Shown: in pieces, positions 41,212 to 56,998 of the stretch
How positions within the stretch are numbered: position 1 is the stretch's first letter
Layout of the letters: every line of letters starts with the position of its first letter
Source of the DNA: Eledone cirrhosa
Taxonomy: Eukaryota
Direction of reading: 5' to 3'
NCBI GenBank assembly: GCA_964016885.1
Contig: OZ024750.1
Location: 46,128,001-46,192,000 of the forward strand
Length of the DNA: 64,000 bases
The notes under the pieces: generated by a model
Databases searched by the model: none
What the model was told of the DNA's origin: nothing
The model's input: the letters and a program-made list of their open reading frames with translations, nothing else
Program-made: the position numbers and the translations under genes

Positions 41212-42831
41212 GAATGGCTTTTCTTTTAAATGTATTGCATTGACAACACGACTGTACTAAGGTTTGATCTACACAGTTTTTCGTATTTCCGTATAAATCC
41301 TTTTATGTTTAGTTTGGAACAATAAAGTTCCTAGGTTCATTAGTGTTTCTAAAATTTATCTCTTTGTATATTTTTTTAATTTTCAGCAGAATTTTGTGGT
41401 TGTTCGAATAAGTATCTACTTTTCTTCCTCATTCATAAAATATTTAAAGTGATGACTCAACAACGGAACACCTACACAGACCCTTGTCCTACCAAATGTC
41501 TATAACATGAGATACTAGCTTAAGTAATGACTGCCACATTAATCTAAATTTCGTGTGAACATTACGTGTGAACACAAGAGATACGATGGCCATATATAAA
41601 ATGCATTTGATTATATATCTACTCAATAAGCAATATATTGCTGTTAATCAACTGCATCACGTAATGTGGTGTCCTTTGCTCTTTGTAGTTCTTCATACTG
41701 TGTTGTGTTGCAATTTTGTACCTATGTCGTTTAAAATATTTGAAAGGTCTTTTGTAATATCATGTCATAAAACGCGTGTTTACTCATAAGGTCTTCGTGT
41801 CGAATAATTGGGCAGGTGTCTTTCGTGAAGTTTACTTAAGAGAATTCAACACCGATTTCCTTTCCAGACTTTTTCAATGAAATTTGGAATGATTTACAAG
41901 ATTTGCAAATTGAAGTTTCCAGATTGAATCAAGGCATCCCACTAGATTTTACGGTCAAATCCCGGCTCCTCCAGAGTGTTCTACCATACATAACAGAAGA
42001 ATTAGCTGCATATGTTAAGAGCATTTGGTGGGATGCGGTTCAACCTCCTACATAAAGTTTAATATATATGAAAGATTATTCAACTGGTGTTTTGCTAACA
42101 ATATTATTTCATACTCCTGCTCTGATTTCCCTCCTCTCTCTATCCATACATCTAACTCTGCCTTTCTCTTTATAACTCTTTGTTCTTAATACTGTCCTAT
42201 CTACAACCTTACCCTCAAGCCTTCCCCTTTGTATTTTGACCACAACACTGATCAGTTCAGTCTGTCTCGTTATTCTTCTCTGCTATATTTATTAGTACTA
42301 GGACCATTGCTCGAACTAACTTTTATTGACATCTATTCCTCTTATAGTTAACATGTTTGTATTTCTATCCCGAATGGATATCTTCCTGTAGGTACTATTG
42401 ATGCACTGGGCAAAGTAGTCCAGTATTTAAATCCACCGAAACTATGATGAATCCCAGAAGACTGCCGATAAATGGTAACTGTCCACGTGTGCTTCTTTTC
42501 CGAAATGTGACTTTTATTTGTCCGACATATTATTTTTCATTGATAAGATCATTGTAACCAGCGCACCTTAATTTTGAAGTCCTAACTCTTATGTGCATAT
42601 ATACATACATTCATTCATTCATACATACATATATGCATACATACATACATAATATATATATGTATGCATATATATATATTTTTACATACATACATACATA
42701 TACACAAGCATTCATATATGCATACATACATTCTTACAGATATACATACATACATGCACACATGCATACATAAATGCATACATGCATACATACATACGCA
42801 CATGCATACATACAAAAATACATACATACAT

Positions 42832-43689
42832 GGAATAAAGCCTGATATAAATCTCTCACCCAGAGAAATCGGAAGATCCTATTCAATGTTCAAACAAGAT
42901 GAAACAATTGACCAATTTACAGAAAAAGTTGTGCATGGAAACTTGAGACGTAAAACACAGATCATTGAGGGGATAAACCACTCAAAAAGCCTGGCATGGA
43001 GTTCCGACAAGTTTATGACATCATACCTTGAGGGATATCTCTATGCAATACAGGAACAAGAACTCCCTACCAAATATCTGTTGCACAAAAGGGGAGGGTC
43101 ATCAGCTGACAATAAATGTAGGCTATGTAAAACAAAGATCGAGAAAGTAAGCCACATTGTTGCCAGCTGCGAAAGAATGTCATCTCGCTACTACCTCGCC
43201 ATGAGACACGATGGGATAGCTAGAACCAACTGGAACGCACTTCGGAAAACAAAATTAACAACAAACGAGGAAGAATATATTGAGACAGATGGCACTAAGG
43301 AATACTGGTGGAACCTGAAAATAAAAACTGCCACCAAATTAAAGCACAACCGGCCTGATATTGTTGTTTGGGACGACACATTGAAAACCTGTTCTGTTGT
43401 GGAGATCAGCTGCCCACTTGATGTAAACGTTGTCAGAAAAATACAGGAGAAGGAGGACATCTACGGACCATTGATGAGGAGTTTACAAATCCAGTATCCA
43501 AGATACACCTTTAGCTTCATACCCATCATTATTGGAGCTACGGGTTATATACCAACAAGTTTGGACCAAAGTATGACTGAACTTGAATTTGCGGACAAAG
43601 AACGCAGCTCCCTAATTCATAGTCTACAAATGGCTGCGATAGCTGGCACCTTCAAAATTTGCAAAACATTCTTGCGATTCAAGGGATGA
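42832..43689 (+). pseudogene. C-terminal part of a non-LTR retrotransposon ORF with CCHC finger and restriction-like endonuclease (R4/Dong-like)
   Basis: AIQEQELPT..CRLCKTKIEKVSHIVASC..RHD..W..HNRPDIVV..VVEISCP..EKEDIYG..IPIIIGATG; ~285 codons without a stop; the N-terminal part of the listed ORF is microsatellite. Confidence 0.88.
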
Positions 43690-43770
43690 CAATTTCTTTT
43701 CTTTTACAACCTTGCCACCAGGAAGGTGGCCGGTCAAAAAAATATACTCGAAATTAAGAGAAAGAGATAA
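42832..43770 (+). mobile_element. 5'-truncated R4/Dong-like element in (TACA)n
   Basis: ORF plus ~80-bp 3' UTR with GCCACC-aggaa-GGTGGC hairpin; CATACATA repeats on both flanks. Confidence 0.8.
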
Positions 43771-44545
43771 CATGCATACATACATAAAAGCATACACACA
43801 TACATACACACATACATAGATACATACACACTGAGACATACGTTCAATAAAGGAGGGATTCCACTTCATAAGGCTTATGATTTTTACGTGAATTCTTTAA
43901 TAATATCTTCAAAGTCTTCCTTAAGCAAAAATTTCAAGACTGTGATAAATGCTTCTTGCCTTTGTCTAATTCCTCGATCAATTCTTCCAGTTGTTGTATA
44001 TCCCTTTCTTCCTGTAATGTATGGATCTATGCGGGTATATACGGTCGTGCAATGTTGATTTTTTAATTTCATATATTAACTATTTTCCGTCATCATAATT
44101 TTCATTACTGCTGTCATTCTTCATGTGTTATTGGTGCCACTATTACCGCTGTCTCCACTGCCGCAGTTATTATTGCCGCTGCTGTTGTTGTTGATTTATA
44201 TATGTGTCATCATTAAAACTGCTGTTTTAATTTGATTGAGTTGTCATTCTTCGTAATAGTGTTGGTGCCGTTGTTGTCGTTGTCAGTATTCAAATTATCA
44301 TTGTAAATTGTGAAAGTGTTTTTAATATAAAAGTGAAGTTAATATTCTCTATTGAAGGCAGACGTAAGTACTACTCATCTGCCTCTGTTCGACATTAGCA
44401 ATGTGTTGGAGAAATGGTGTAATGGCTAGCAGAAGTATATATCGTTGTGAAGCGTATTGGTCAGTGAGTTTATGTTATTCAGTCGGCTGTCTTTCTTTTA
44501 GATGTTTCCCAAATATGGTAGTCGAATCCCGTAATGAGTTTTTCG

Positions 44546-44762
44546 GGCGGTGGATTAGGCAGAGTCGGCAGTGTGTCGGACAGCTTGCAGGGCGGTTTAG
44601 GGTTACGGCAATTTACATTCTGGGTTCAAGTTGCGCCGTGGTTAGCTTTGTCTTTTATCTATACGGGGTAGATAAAATAAAGTACTAGTAATGCACTTGG
44701 GTCAATATAATCGACTTTCCCGCGCCCAAAATTGTTGGCCTTGTGTCTAAAGTAGAACCAAT
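44546..44762 (+). mobile_element. Diverged tRNA-derived SINE, long subfamily
   Basis: GGGTTCAAGTTGC B-box-like; GATAAAATAAAGTAC; GGCCTTGTGTCTAAAGTAGAA. Confidence 0.8.
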
Positions 44763-44857
44763 AATGAGTTTTATTTGAGCATTATTTAAATTTCCCAAAA
44801 TTCTGTCATTACCGTTTGCTGAAGCTCCGAACATTCTTGAACGGAAGCAGTTGACAG

Positions 44858-47800
44858 TATATTCCACAACACACCCCCAGTAATACTGTGTTATGTCACA
44901 CAACACTCCACTACACACCTTCAATAATACTGTGTTATGTTACTATATTCCACTACACACCTCCAGTAATGCTGTGTTATGTCACACTATATTCCACTAC
45001 ATACCTGCAGTAATGCTGTGTTATGTCACACTATACTCCACTACACACCTCCATTAATACTGTGTTAAGTCAGACTATATTCCACTACACACCTGCAGTA
45101 ATGCTGTGTTATGTCACACTATACTCCACTACAAACCTCCAGTAATACTGTGTTAAGTCAGACTATATTCCACTACACACCTCCAGTAATGCTGTGTTAA
45201 GTCACACAATATTCCACTACACACCTCCATTAATGATGTGTTATGTCACACTATACTCCACTACACACCTCCAATAATACTGTGTTATGTCACACTATAC
45301 TCCACTACACACCTCCAGTAATACTGTGTTAAGTCAGACTATATTCCACTACACACCTCCAGTAATACTGTGTTATGTCACACTATATTCCACTACACAC
45401 CTCCAGTAATGCTGTGTTAAGTCACACAATATTCCACTACACACCTCCATTAATGATGTGTTATGTCACACTATACTCCACTACACACCTCCAGTAATAC
45501 TGTGTTATGTCACACTATACTCCACTACACACCTCCAGTAATACTGTGTTAAGTCAGACTATATTCTACTACACACCTCCAGTAATACTGTGTTATGTCA
45601 CACTATATTCCACTACACACCTCCAGTAATGCTGTGTTAAGTCACACAATATTCCACTACACACCTCCATTAATGATGTGTTATGTCACACTATACTCCA
45701 CTACACACCTCCAGTAATACTGTGTTATGTCACATATACTCCACTACACACCTCCAGTAATACTGTGTTATGTCACACTATATTCCACTACACACCTCCA
45801 GTAATACTGTGTTATGTCACACTATATTCCACTACACACCTCCAGTAATACTGTGTTATGTCAAACTATATTCCACTACACACCTCCAGTAATACTGTGT
45901 TATGTCACATATACTCCACTACACACCTCCAGTAATATTGTGTTATGTCACACTATATTCCACTACACACCTCCAGTAATACTGTGTTATGTAACATATA
46001 CTCCACTAAACACCTCCAGTAATGCTGTGTTATGTCACACTATATTCCACTACACACCTCCAGTAATACTGTGATATGTCACACTAAATTCCACTACACC
46101 CCCCAGTAATACTGTGTTATGTCACACTATATTCCACTACACACCTCCAGTAATATTGTGTTATGTCACACTATATACCACTACACCCCCCCCCCCAGTA
46201 ATACTGTGTTATGTCACACTATATTCCACTACACACCTCCAGTAATACTGTGTTATGTCACACTATATTCCACTACACCCCCCCCCCAGTAATACTGTGT
46301 TATGTCACACTATACTCCACTACACACCTCCAGTAATACAGTGTTATGTCCCACTATATTCCACTACACACCTCCAGTAATACTATGTTATATCACACAA
46401 CACTCCACTACAAACCTCCAGTAATACTGTGTTATATCACACTATATTCCACTACACACCTCCAGTAATGCTGTGTTATGTCACACTAAACTCCACTACA
46501 CACCTCCAGTAATACTTGTTATGTCACACTATACTCCACTACACACCTCCAGTAATACTGTGTTATGTCACACTATATACCACTACACACCTCCAGTAAT
46601 ACTGTGTTATGTCACCATATAATCCACTACACACCTCCAGTAATACTGTGTTATGTCACACTATACTCCACTACACACCTCAAGTAATACTGTGTTATGT
46701 CACACTACACTCCACTACACACCTCCAGTAATACTGTGTTATGTCACACTATACTCCACTACACACCTCAAGTAATACTGTGATATGTCACACTATATTC
46801 CACTACACACCTCCAGTAATACTGTGTTATGTCACACTACACTCCACTACACACCTCCAGCAATACTGAGTTATGTCACACTATATTCCAATACACACCT
46901 CCAGTAATACTGTGATATGTCACACTATATTCCACTACACACCTCCAGTAATACTGTGTTATATCACACAATATTCCACTACTCACCTCCAGTAATACTG
47001 TGTTATGTCACACTATATTCCACTACACACCTCCAGTAATAATGTGTTATCTCACACTATATTCCACTACACACCTCCAGTAATACTGTGTTATGTCACA
47101 CTATATTCCACTACACACCTCCAGTAATACTGTGTTATGTCACACTACACTCCACTACACACCTCCAGTAATACTGTGTTAAGTTACACTATACTCCACT
47201 ACACACCTCCCGTAATACTGTGTTATGTCACACTATACTCCACTACACACCTCCAGTAATACTGTGTTATGTCACACTATACTCCACTACACACCTCCAG
47301 TAATACTGTGTTATGTCACACTATATTCCACTACACACCTCCAGTAATACTGTGTTATGTCACACTATATACCACTACACACCTCCAGTAATACTGTGTT
47401 ATGTCACACTATACTCCACTACACACCTCCAGTAATACTGTGTTATGTCACACTATATTCCACTACACACCTCCAGTAATACTGTGTTATGTCACACTAT
47501 ATACCACTACGCACCTCCAGTAATACTGTGTTATGTCACACTACACTCCACTACACACCTCTAGTAATACTGTGTTATGTCACACTACACTCCACTACAC
47601 ACCTCCAGTAATACTGAGTTATGTCACACTATATTCCACTACACACCTCCAGTAATACTGTGTTATGTCACACTATATTCCACTACACACCTCCAGTAAT
47701 ACTGTGTTATGTCACACAATATTCCACTACACACCTCCAGTAATACTGTGTTATGTCACACTATATTCCACTACACACCTCCAGTAATACTGTGTTATGT

Positions 47801-50800
47801 CACACTATATTCCACTACACACCTCCAGTAATACTGTGTTATGTCACAACACTCCACAACACACCCCCAGTAATGCTGTGTTATCTCACACTATATTCCA
47901 TAACACACCTCCAGTAATACTGTGTTATGTCACACTATACTCCACTACACACCTCCAGTAATACTGTGTTATGTCACACTATATTCCACTACACACCTCC
48001 AGTAATACTGTGTTATGTCACACTATGCTCCACTACACACCTCCAGTAATACTGTGTTATGTCACACTATACTCCACTACACACCTCCAGTAATACTGTG
48101 TTAAGTCACACTATATACCACTACACACCTCCAGTAATACTGTGTTATGTCACACTATATTCCACTACACACCTCCAGTAATGCTGTGTTACGTCACACT
48201 ATATTCCACTACACACCTCCAGTAATACTGTGTTATGACACACAACACTCCACTACACACCTCCAGTAATATTGTGTTATGTCACACTATACTCCACTAC
48301 ACACCTCCAGTAATACTGTGTTATGTCACACTATACTCCACTACACACCTCCAGTAATACTGTGTTAAGTCACACTATATACCACTACACACCTCCAGTA
48401 ATACTGTGTTATGTCACACTATACTCCACTACACACCTCCAATAATACTGTGTTATGTCACACTATACTCCACTACACACCTCCAGTAATACTGTGTTAA
48501 GTCACACTATACTCCACTACACACCTCCCGTAATACTGTGTTATGTTACACTATACTCCACTACACACCTCCAGTAATACTGTGTTATGTCACACTATAC
48601 TCCACTACACACCTCCAGTAATACTGTGTTAAGTCACACTATATACCACTACACACCTCCAGTAATACTCTGTTATGTCACACTATATTCCACTACACAC
48701 CTCCAATAATACTGTGTTAAGTCACACTATATACCACTACACACCTTCAGTAATACTTTGTTATGTCACACTATACTCCACTACACACCTCCAGTAATAC
48801 TGTGTTATGTCACATTATACTCCACTACACACCTCCAGTAATGCTGTGTTAAGTCGCACTATATTCCACTACACACCTCCAGTAATACTGTGTTATGTCA
48901 CACTATACTCCACTACACACCTCCAGTAATGCTGTGTTATGTCACACTATATTCCACTACACACCTCCAGTAATGCGGTGTTATGTCACACTATATTCCA
49001 CTACACACCTCCAGTAATACTGTGTTATGTCGCACTATACTCCACTACACACCTCCAGTAATACTGTGTTATGTCACACTATATTCCACTACACACCCAG
49101 TAATACTGTGTTATGTCACACTACACTCCACTACACACCTCCAGTAACGCTGTGTTATGTCACACTATATACCACTACACACGTCCAGTAATACTGTGTT
49201 AAGTCACACTATATTCCACTACACACCTCCAGTAATACTGTGTTATATCACACTATATACCACTACACACCTACAGTAATACTGTGTTAATCACACTATA
49301 TACCACTACACAACTCCAGTAATGATGTGTTATATCACACTATATTCCACTACACACCTCCAGTAATACTGTGTTATGTCACACTATATTCCACTACACA
49401 CCTCCAGTAATGCTGTGTTATGTCACACTATATTCCATAACACACCTCCAGTAATACTGTGTTATGTCACACTATACTCCACTACACACCTCCAGTAATA
49501 CTGTGTTATGTCACAATATACTCCACTACACACCTCCAGTAATACTGTCTTAAGTCACACTATATACCACTACACACCTCCAGTAATACTGTGTTATGTC
49601 ACACTATACTCCACTACACACCTCCAATAATACTGTGTTATGTCACACTATACTCCACTACACACCTCCAGTAATACTGTGTTATGTCACACTATACTCC
49701 ACTACACACCTCCAGTAATACTGTGTTAAGTCACACTATATACCACTACACACCTCCAGTAATACTGTCTTATGTCACACTATATTCCACTACACACCTC
49801 CAATAATACTGTGTTAAGTCACACTATATACCACTACACACCTCCAGTAATACTGTCTTATGTCACACTATACTCCACTACACACCTCCAGTAATACTGT
49901 GTTATGTCACACTATACTCCACTACACACCTCCAGTAATGCTGTGTTAAGTCACACTATATTCCACTACACACCTCCAGTAATACTGTGTTATGTCACAC
50001 TATACTCCACTACACACCTCCAGTAATGCTGTGTTATGTCACACTATATTCCACTACACACCTCCAGTAATGCTGTGTTAAGTCACACTATATTCCACTA
50101 CACACCTTCAGTAATACTGTGTTATGTCACACTATACTCCACTACACACCTCCAATAATACTGTGTTATGTCACACTATACTCCACTACACACCTCCAAT
50201 AATACTGTGTTATGTCACACTATACTCCACTACACACCTCCAGTAATACTGTGTTAAGTCAGACTATATTCCACTACACACCTCCAGTAATACTGTGTTA
50301 TGTAACATATACTCCACTACACACCTCCAGTAATGCTGTGTTATGTCACACTATATTCCACTACACACCTCCAGTAATACTGTGATATGTCACACTAAAT
50401 TCCACTACACCCCCCAGTAATACTGTGTTATGTCACACTATATTCCACTACACACCTCCAGTAATATTGTGTTATGTCACACTATATACCACTACACCCC
50501 CCCCCCCCAGTATACTGTGTTATGTCACACTATATTCCACTACGCACCTCCAGTAATACTGTGTTATGTCACACTATATTCCACTACACCCCCCCCCAGT
50601 AATACTGTGTTATGTCACACTATACTCCACTACACACCTCCAGTAATACAGTGTTATGTCCCACTATATTCCACTATACACCTCCAGTAATACTGTGTTA
50701 TATCACACAACACTCCACTACAAACCTCCAGTAATACTGTGTTATATCACACTATATTCCACTACACACCTCCAGTAATGCTGTGTTATGTCACACTAAA

Positions 50801-53800
50801 CTCCACTACACACCTCCAGTAATACTTGTTATGTCACACTATACTCCACTACACACCTCCAGTAATACTGTGTTATGTCACACTATATACCACTACACAC
50901 CTCCAGTAATACTGTGTTATGTCACCCTATATTCCACTACACACCTCCAGTAATACTGTGTTATGTCACACTATACTCCACTACACACCTCAAGTAATAC
51001 TGTGTTATGTCACACTACACTCCACTACACACCTCCAGTAATACTATGTCATGTCACACTATACTCCACTACACACCTCAAGTAATACTGTGTTATGTCA
51101 CACTACACTCCACTACACACCTCCAGTAATACTGTGTTATGTCACACTACACTCCACTACACACCTCCAGCAATACTGAGTTATGTCACACTATATTCCA
51201 ATACACACCTCCAGTAATACTGTGATATGTCACACTATATTCCACTACACACCTCCAGTAATACTGTGTTATATCACACAATATTCCACTACTCACCTCC
51301 AGTAATACTGTGTTATGTCACACTATATTCCACTACACACCTCCAGTAATAATGTGTTATCTCACACTATATTCCACTACACACCTCCAGTAATACTGTG
51401 TTATGTCACACTATATTCCACTACACACCTCCAGTAATACTGTGTTATGTCACACTACACTCCACTACACACCTCCAGTAATACTGTGTTAAGTCACACT
51501 ATACTCCACTACACACCTCCCGTAATACTGTGTTATGTCACACTATACTCCACTACACACCTCCAGTAATACTGTGTTATGTCACACTATACTCCACTAC
51601 ACACCTCCAGTAATACTGTGTTATGTCACACTATATTCCACTACACACCTCCAGTAATACTGTGTTATGTCACACTATATACCACTACACACCTCCAGTA
51701 ATACTGTGTTATGTCACACTATACTCCACTACACACCTCCAGTAATACTGTGTTATGTCACACTATATTCCACTACACACCTCCAGTAATACTGTGTTAT
51801 GTCACACTATATACCACTACGCACCTCCAGTAATACTGTGTTATGTCACACTACACTCCACTACACACCTCCAGTAATACTGAGTTATGTCACACTATAT
51901 TCCACTACACACCTCCAGTAATACTGTGTTATGTCACACTATATTCCACTACACACCTCCAGTAATACTATGTTATGTCACACTATATTCCACTACACAC
52001 CTCCAGTAATACTGTGTTATGTCACACTATATTCCACTACACACCTCCAGTAATACTGTGTTATGTCACAACACTCCACAACACACCCCCAGTAATGCTG
52101 TGTTATCTCACACTATATTCCATAACACACCTCCAGTAATACTGTGTTATGTCACACTATACACCACTACACACCTCCAGTAATACTGTGTTATGTCACA
52201 CTATATTCCACTACACACCTCCAGTAATACTGTGTTATGTCACACTATGCTCCACTACACACCTCCAGTAATACTGTGTTATGTCACACTATACTCCACT
52301 ACACACCTCCAGTAATACTGTGTTAAGTCACACTATATACCACTACACACCTCCAGTAATACTGTGTTATGTCACACTATATTCCACTACACACCTCCAG
52401 TAATGCTGTGTTACGTCACACTATATTCCACTACACACCTCCAGTAATACTGTGTTATGACACACAACACTCCACTACACACCTCCAGTAATATTGTGTT
52501 ATGTCACACTATACTCCACTACACACCTCCAGTAATACTGTGTTATGTCACACTATACTCCACTACACACCTCCAGTAATACTGTGTTAAGTCACACTAT
52601 ATACCACTACACACCTCCAGTAATACTGTGTTATGTCACACTATACTCCACTACACACCTCCAATAATACTGTGTTATGTCACACTATACTCCACTACAC
52701 ACCTCCAGTAATACTGTGTTAAGTCACACTATACTCCACTACACACCTCCCGTAATATTGTGTTATGTCACACTATACTCCACTACACACCTCCAGTAAT
52801 ACTGTGTTATGTCACACTATACTCCACTACACACCTCCAGTAATACTGTGTTAAGTCACACTATATACCACTACACACCTCCAGTAATACTGTGTTATGT
52901 CACACTATATTCCACTACACACCTCCAATAATACTGTGTTAAGTCACACTATATACCACTACACACCTTCAGTAATACTGTGTTATGTCACACTATACTC
53001 CACTACACACCTCCAGTAATACTGTGTTATGTCACACTATACTCCACTACACACCTCCAGTAATACTGTGTTATGTCACACTATACTCCACTACACACCT
53101 CCAGTAATACTGTGTTATGTCACACTATATTCCACTACACACCCAGTAATACTGTGTTATGTCACACTACACTCCACTACACACCTCCAGTAACGCTGTG
53201 TTATGTCACACTATATACCACTACACACCTCCAGTAATACTGTGTTAAGTCACACTATATTCCACTACACACCTCCAGTAATACTGTGTTATATCACACT
53301 ATATACCACTACACACCTACAGTAATACTGTGTTAATCACACTATATACCACTACACAACTCCAGTAATGATGTGTTATATCACACTATATTCCACTACA
53401 CACCTCCAGTAATACTGTGTTATGTCACACTATATTCCACTACACACCTCCAGTAATGCTGTGTTATGTCACACTATATTCCATAACACACCTCCAGTAA
53501 TACAGTGTTATGTCACACTATACTCCACTACACACCTCCAGTAATACTGTGTTATGTCACACTATATTCCACTACACACCTCCAGTAATACTGTGTTATG
53601 TCACACTATACTCCACTACACACATCCAGTAATACTGTGTTATGTCACAATATATACCACTACACACCTCCAGTAATACTATGTTAAGTTACACTATATA
53701 CCACTACACACCTCCAGTAATACTGTGTTATGTCACACTATACTCCACTACACACCTCCAATAATACTGTGTTATGTCACACTATACACCACTACACACC

Positions 53801-54944
53801 TCCAGTAATACTGTCTTATGTCACACTATACTCCACTACACACCTCCAGTAATACTGTGTTATGTCACACTATACTCCACTACACACCTCCAGTAATGCT
53901 GTGTTAAGTCACACTATATTCCACTACACACCTCCAGTAATACTGTGTTATGTCACACTATACTCCACTACACACCTCCAGTAATGCTGTGTTATGTCAC
54001 ACTATATTCCACTACACACCTCCAGTAATGCTGTGTTAAGTCACACTATATTCCAGTACACACCTTCAGTAATACTGTGTTATGTCACACTATACTCCAC
54101 TACACACCTCCAATAATACTGTGTTATGTCACACTATACTCCACTACACACCTCCAGTAATACTGTGTTATGTCACACTATACTCCACTACACACCTCCA
54201 GTAATACTGTGTTAAGTCACACTATATACCACTACACACCTCCAGTAATACTGTGTTATGTCACACTATATTCCACCACACACCTCCAATAATACTGTGT
54301 TAAGTCACACTATATACCACTACACACCTCCAGTAATACTGTCTTATGTCACACTATACTCCACTACACACCTCCAGTAATACTGTGTTATGTCACACTA
54401 TACTCCACTACACACCTCCAGTAATGCTGTGTTAAGTCACACTATATTCCACTACACACCTCCAGTAATACTGTGTTATGCCACACTATACTCCACTACA
54501 CACCTCCAGTAATGCTGTGTTAAGTCACACTATATTCCACTACACACCTCCAGTAATACTGTGTTTTATGTCACACTATATTCCACTACACGCCTCAAGT
54601 AATACTGTGTTATGTCACACAACACTCCACTACACACCTCCAGTAAAGCTGTGTTATGTTACACTATATTCCACTACACGCCTCAAGTAATACTGTGTTA
54701 TGTCACACAACACTCCACTACACACCTCCTGCAATACTGTGTTATGTCACATTATATTCCACTACACACCTCCAGTAATACTGTGTTATGTCACACAACA
54801 CTCCACTACACCCCCCCCCCCCAGTAATACTGTGTTATGTCACACAACACTCCACTACACACCTCCAGTAATACTGCGATAAGTCACACAACACTCCACT
54901 ACACACCTCCTGCAATACTGTGTTAAGTTACACTATATTCCACA
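44858..54944. repeat. 10-kb satellite, 44-bp unit CCAGTAATACTGTGTTATGTCACACTATA(T/C)TCCACTACACACCT, ~230 copies
   Basis: Period 44 (e.g. 47341 to 47385); no unique spacers. Confidence 0.98.
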
Positions 54945-55087
54945 CAGCCAAACAATCGTGTAACCATATCTGATATATCAGCATAGGCAATAACACTCCG
55001 ATCAAAAGAATGGTTATGTTATATAAAGCTTTATGCTCGATAAAAGATTTCCATCAAATGAGAAGCAATAGTGGTAGAAATATAGAA

Positions 55088-55198
55088 ATAATTGTTTCTA
55101 CATTTGGCACAAGACCAGCAAATACCCAGTGCATTACTGGTACATTATTTCATCGACCCCGTAAGGATGAAATGCAAAGTTATCCTCGGCGGTATTGA
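55088..55198 (-). mobile_element. Truncated SINE (3' half)
   Basis: Family consensus. Confidence 0.85.
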
Positions 55199-55363
55199 AA
55201 TAATTATAATCCAATAGATATCGTTACAAATATGCAGCAAATCTCTGATAGAAAACTTTAAAACCGACGACATATTTCTTTCTAAATACCTCTCTCTATC
55301 TGAAATAGCTATTTACTGTTTATGTATTATATACATACATACAGTATATGATGTATATATAAC

Positions 55364-55406
<43 letters not shown>

Positions 55407-55624
55407 GTACTCACATATATATGTATATACACATATTTATATATATATTTAATTACATATATATAAATATATGTATACATATATATATATATATATATAT
55501 AAATATATATAAATATATATACATATGTATATATATATATAAATATATATAAATATATATGTATATATATATATATATATATAAATATATATACATATGT
55601 ATATATATATATAAATATATATAA

Positions 55625-55667
<43 letters not shown>

Positions 55668-55743
55668 ATATATATATAAATATATATATATATACATATA
55701 TATATATAAATTCATATATATAAATATATATAAATATATATAA

Positions 55744-55776
<33 letters not shown>

Positions 55777-56269
55777 AATATATATACATATGGATATATA
55801 TTTATATATATATACATATGTATATATATATACACAGATACACACACACATATATATATAAATATATCCTTTGTTCACATGCTATCATACAATAAACAAT
55901 TTCACTTGAGGTTACATTTACAAAGATCTTTTGTCTCCTGAAATAATTCTTTTTATTTATATATTTTTTCATTTATTTATTATTCTTTTATGTACTTGTT
56001 CGTTTAGTTATTGTTTTCATTAATTTATTGATTTATTTTGTTATTTATTTATACAATATTATTCTATCCCCACCCTTCTCTCTCTCTCCCTTGCTCTCTT
56101 CTTATTTTTGGTTGTATGTTTTGTTTTTCATTTTGTTTTGTTTTTTGTTGTATTTGCTTCATGGTAATGAGTGCTAATCAAGTAGGATGTCAGTAATTAC
56201 ATTGTGCCTAATTAATTAATCGAGTCATTAAGAAGGATACGGTCGGAATCGCAACATACACAGCAAATA

Positions 56270-56290
56270 TTATGGTGGAGGTGGAGATTT
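56270..56290 (-). CDS. Possible terminal coding exon (KSPPPP*) of an unidentified host gene
   Basis: Strong acceptor TTTTCTACTTTTTCTGGTTGTCCTTTCCAG| on the - strand; frame inferred only from upstream candidate exons. Confidence 0.2.
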
Positions 56291-56353
56291 CTGGAAAGGA
56301 CAACCAGAAAAAGTAGAAAAGCATGTATATATATATATATACATATATATACC

Positions 56354-56512
<159 letters not shown>

Positions 56513-56524
56513 GTATATATATAT

Positions 56525-56591
<67 letters not shown>

Positions 56592-56604
56592 GTATATATA
56601 TATC

Positions 56605-56640
<36 letters not shown>

Positions 56641-56672
56641 TGTATATATGTATATATATGTATATATATGTG

Positions 56673-56721
<49 letters not shown>

Positions 56722-56782
56722 GTACACATGTATATAAATATATATATATGTATATATATATCATGTGTATATATATATATAC

Positions 56783-56819
<37 letters not shown>

Positions 56820-56908
56820 TATAGATATATATGCATATATACTCAGATGCATACGATGTATACATCTGAGTATATATGCATATATACACATACACACACG
56901 TACACATG

Positions 56909-56966
<58 letters not shown>

Positions 56967-56998
56967 TATATACTCAGATGCATACGATGTAATCTCAC

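Noticed and set aside
43884-44072. 62-aa ORF with normal-looking composition
   Set aside because: No motif, splice signals or homology that I can recognise.
44858-54944. CRISPR-like appearance of the 44-bp array (and the 46-bp array at 14.9 kb)
   Set aside because: Head-to-tail units with no unique spacers, no cas genes, and a eukaryotic context.
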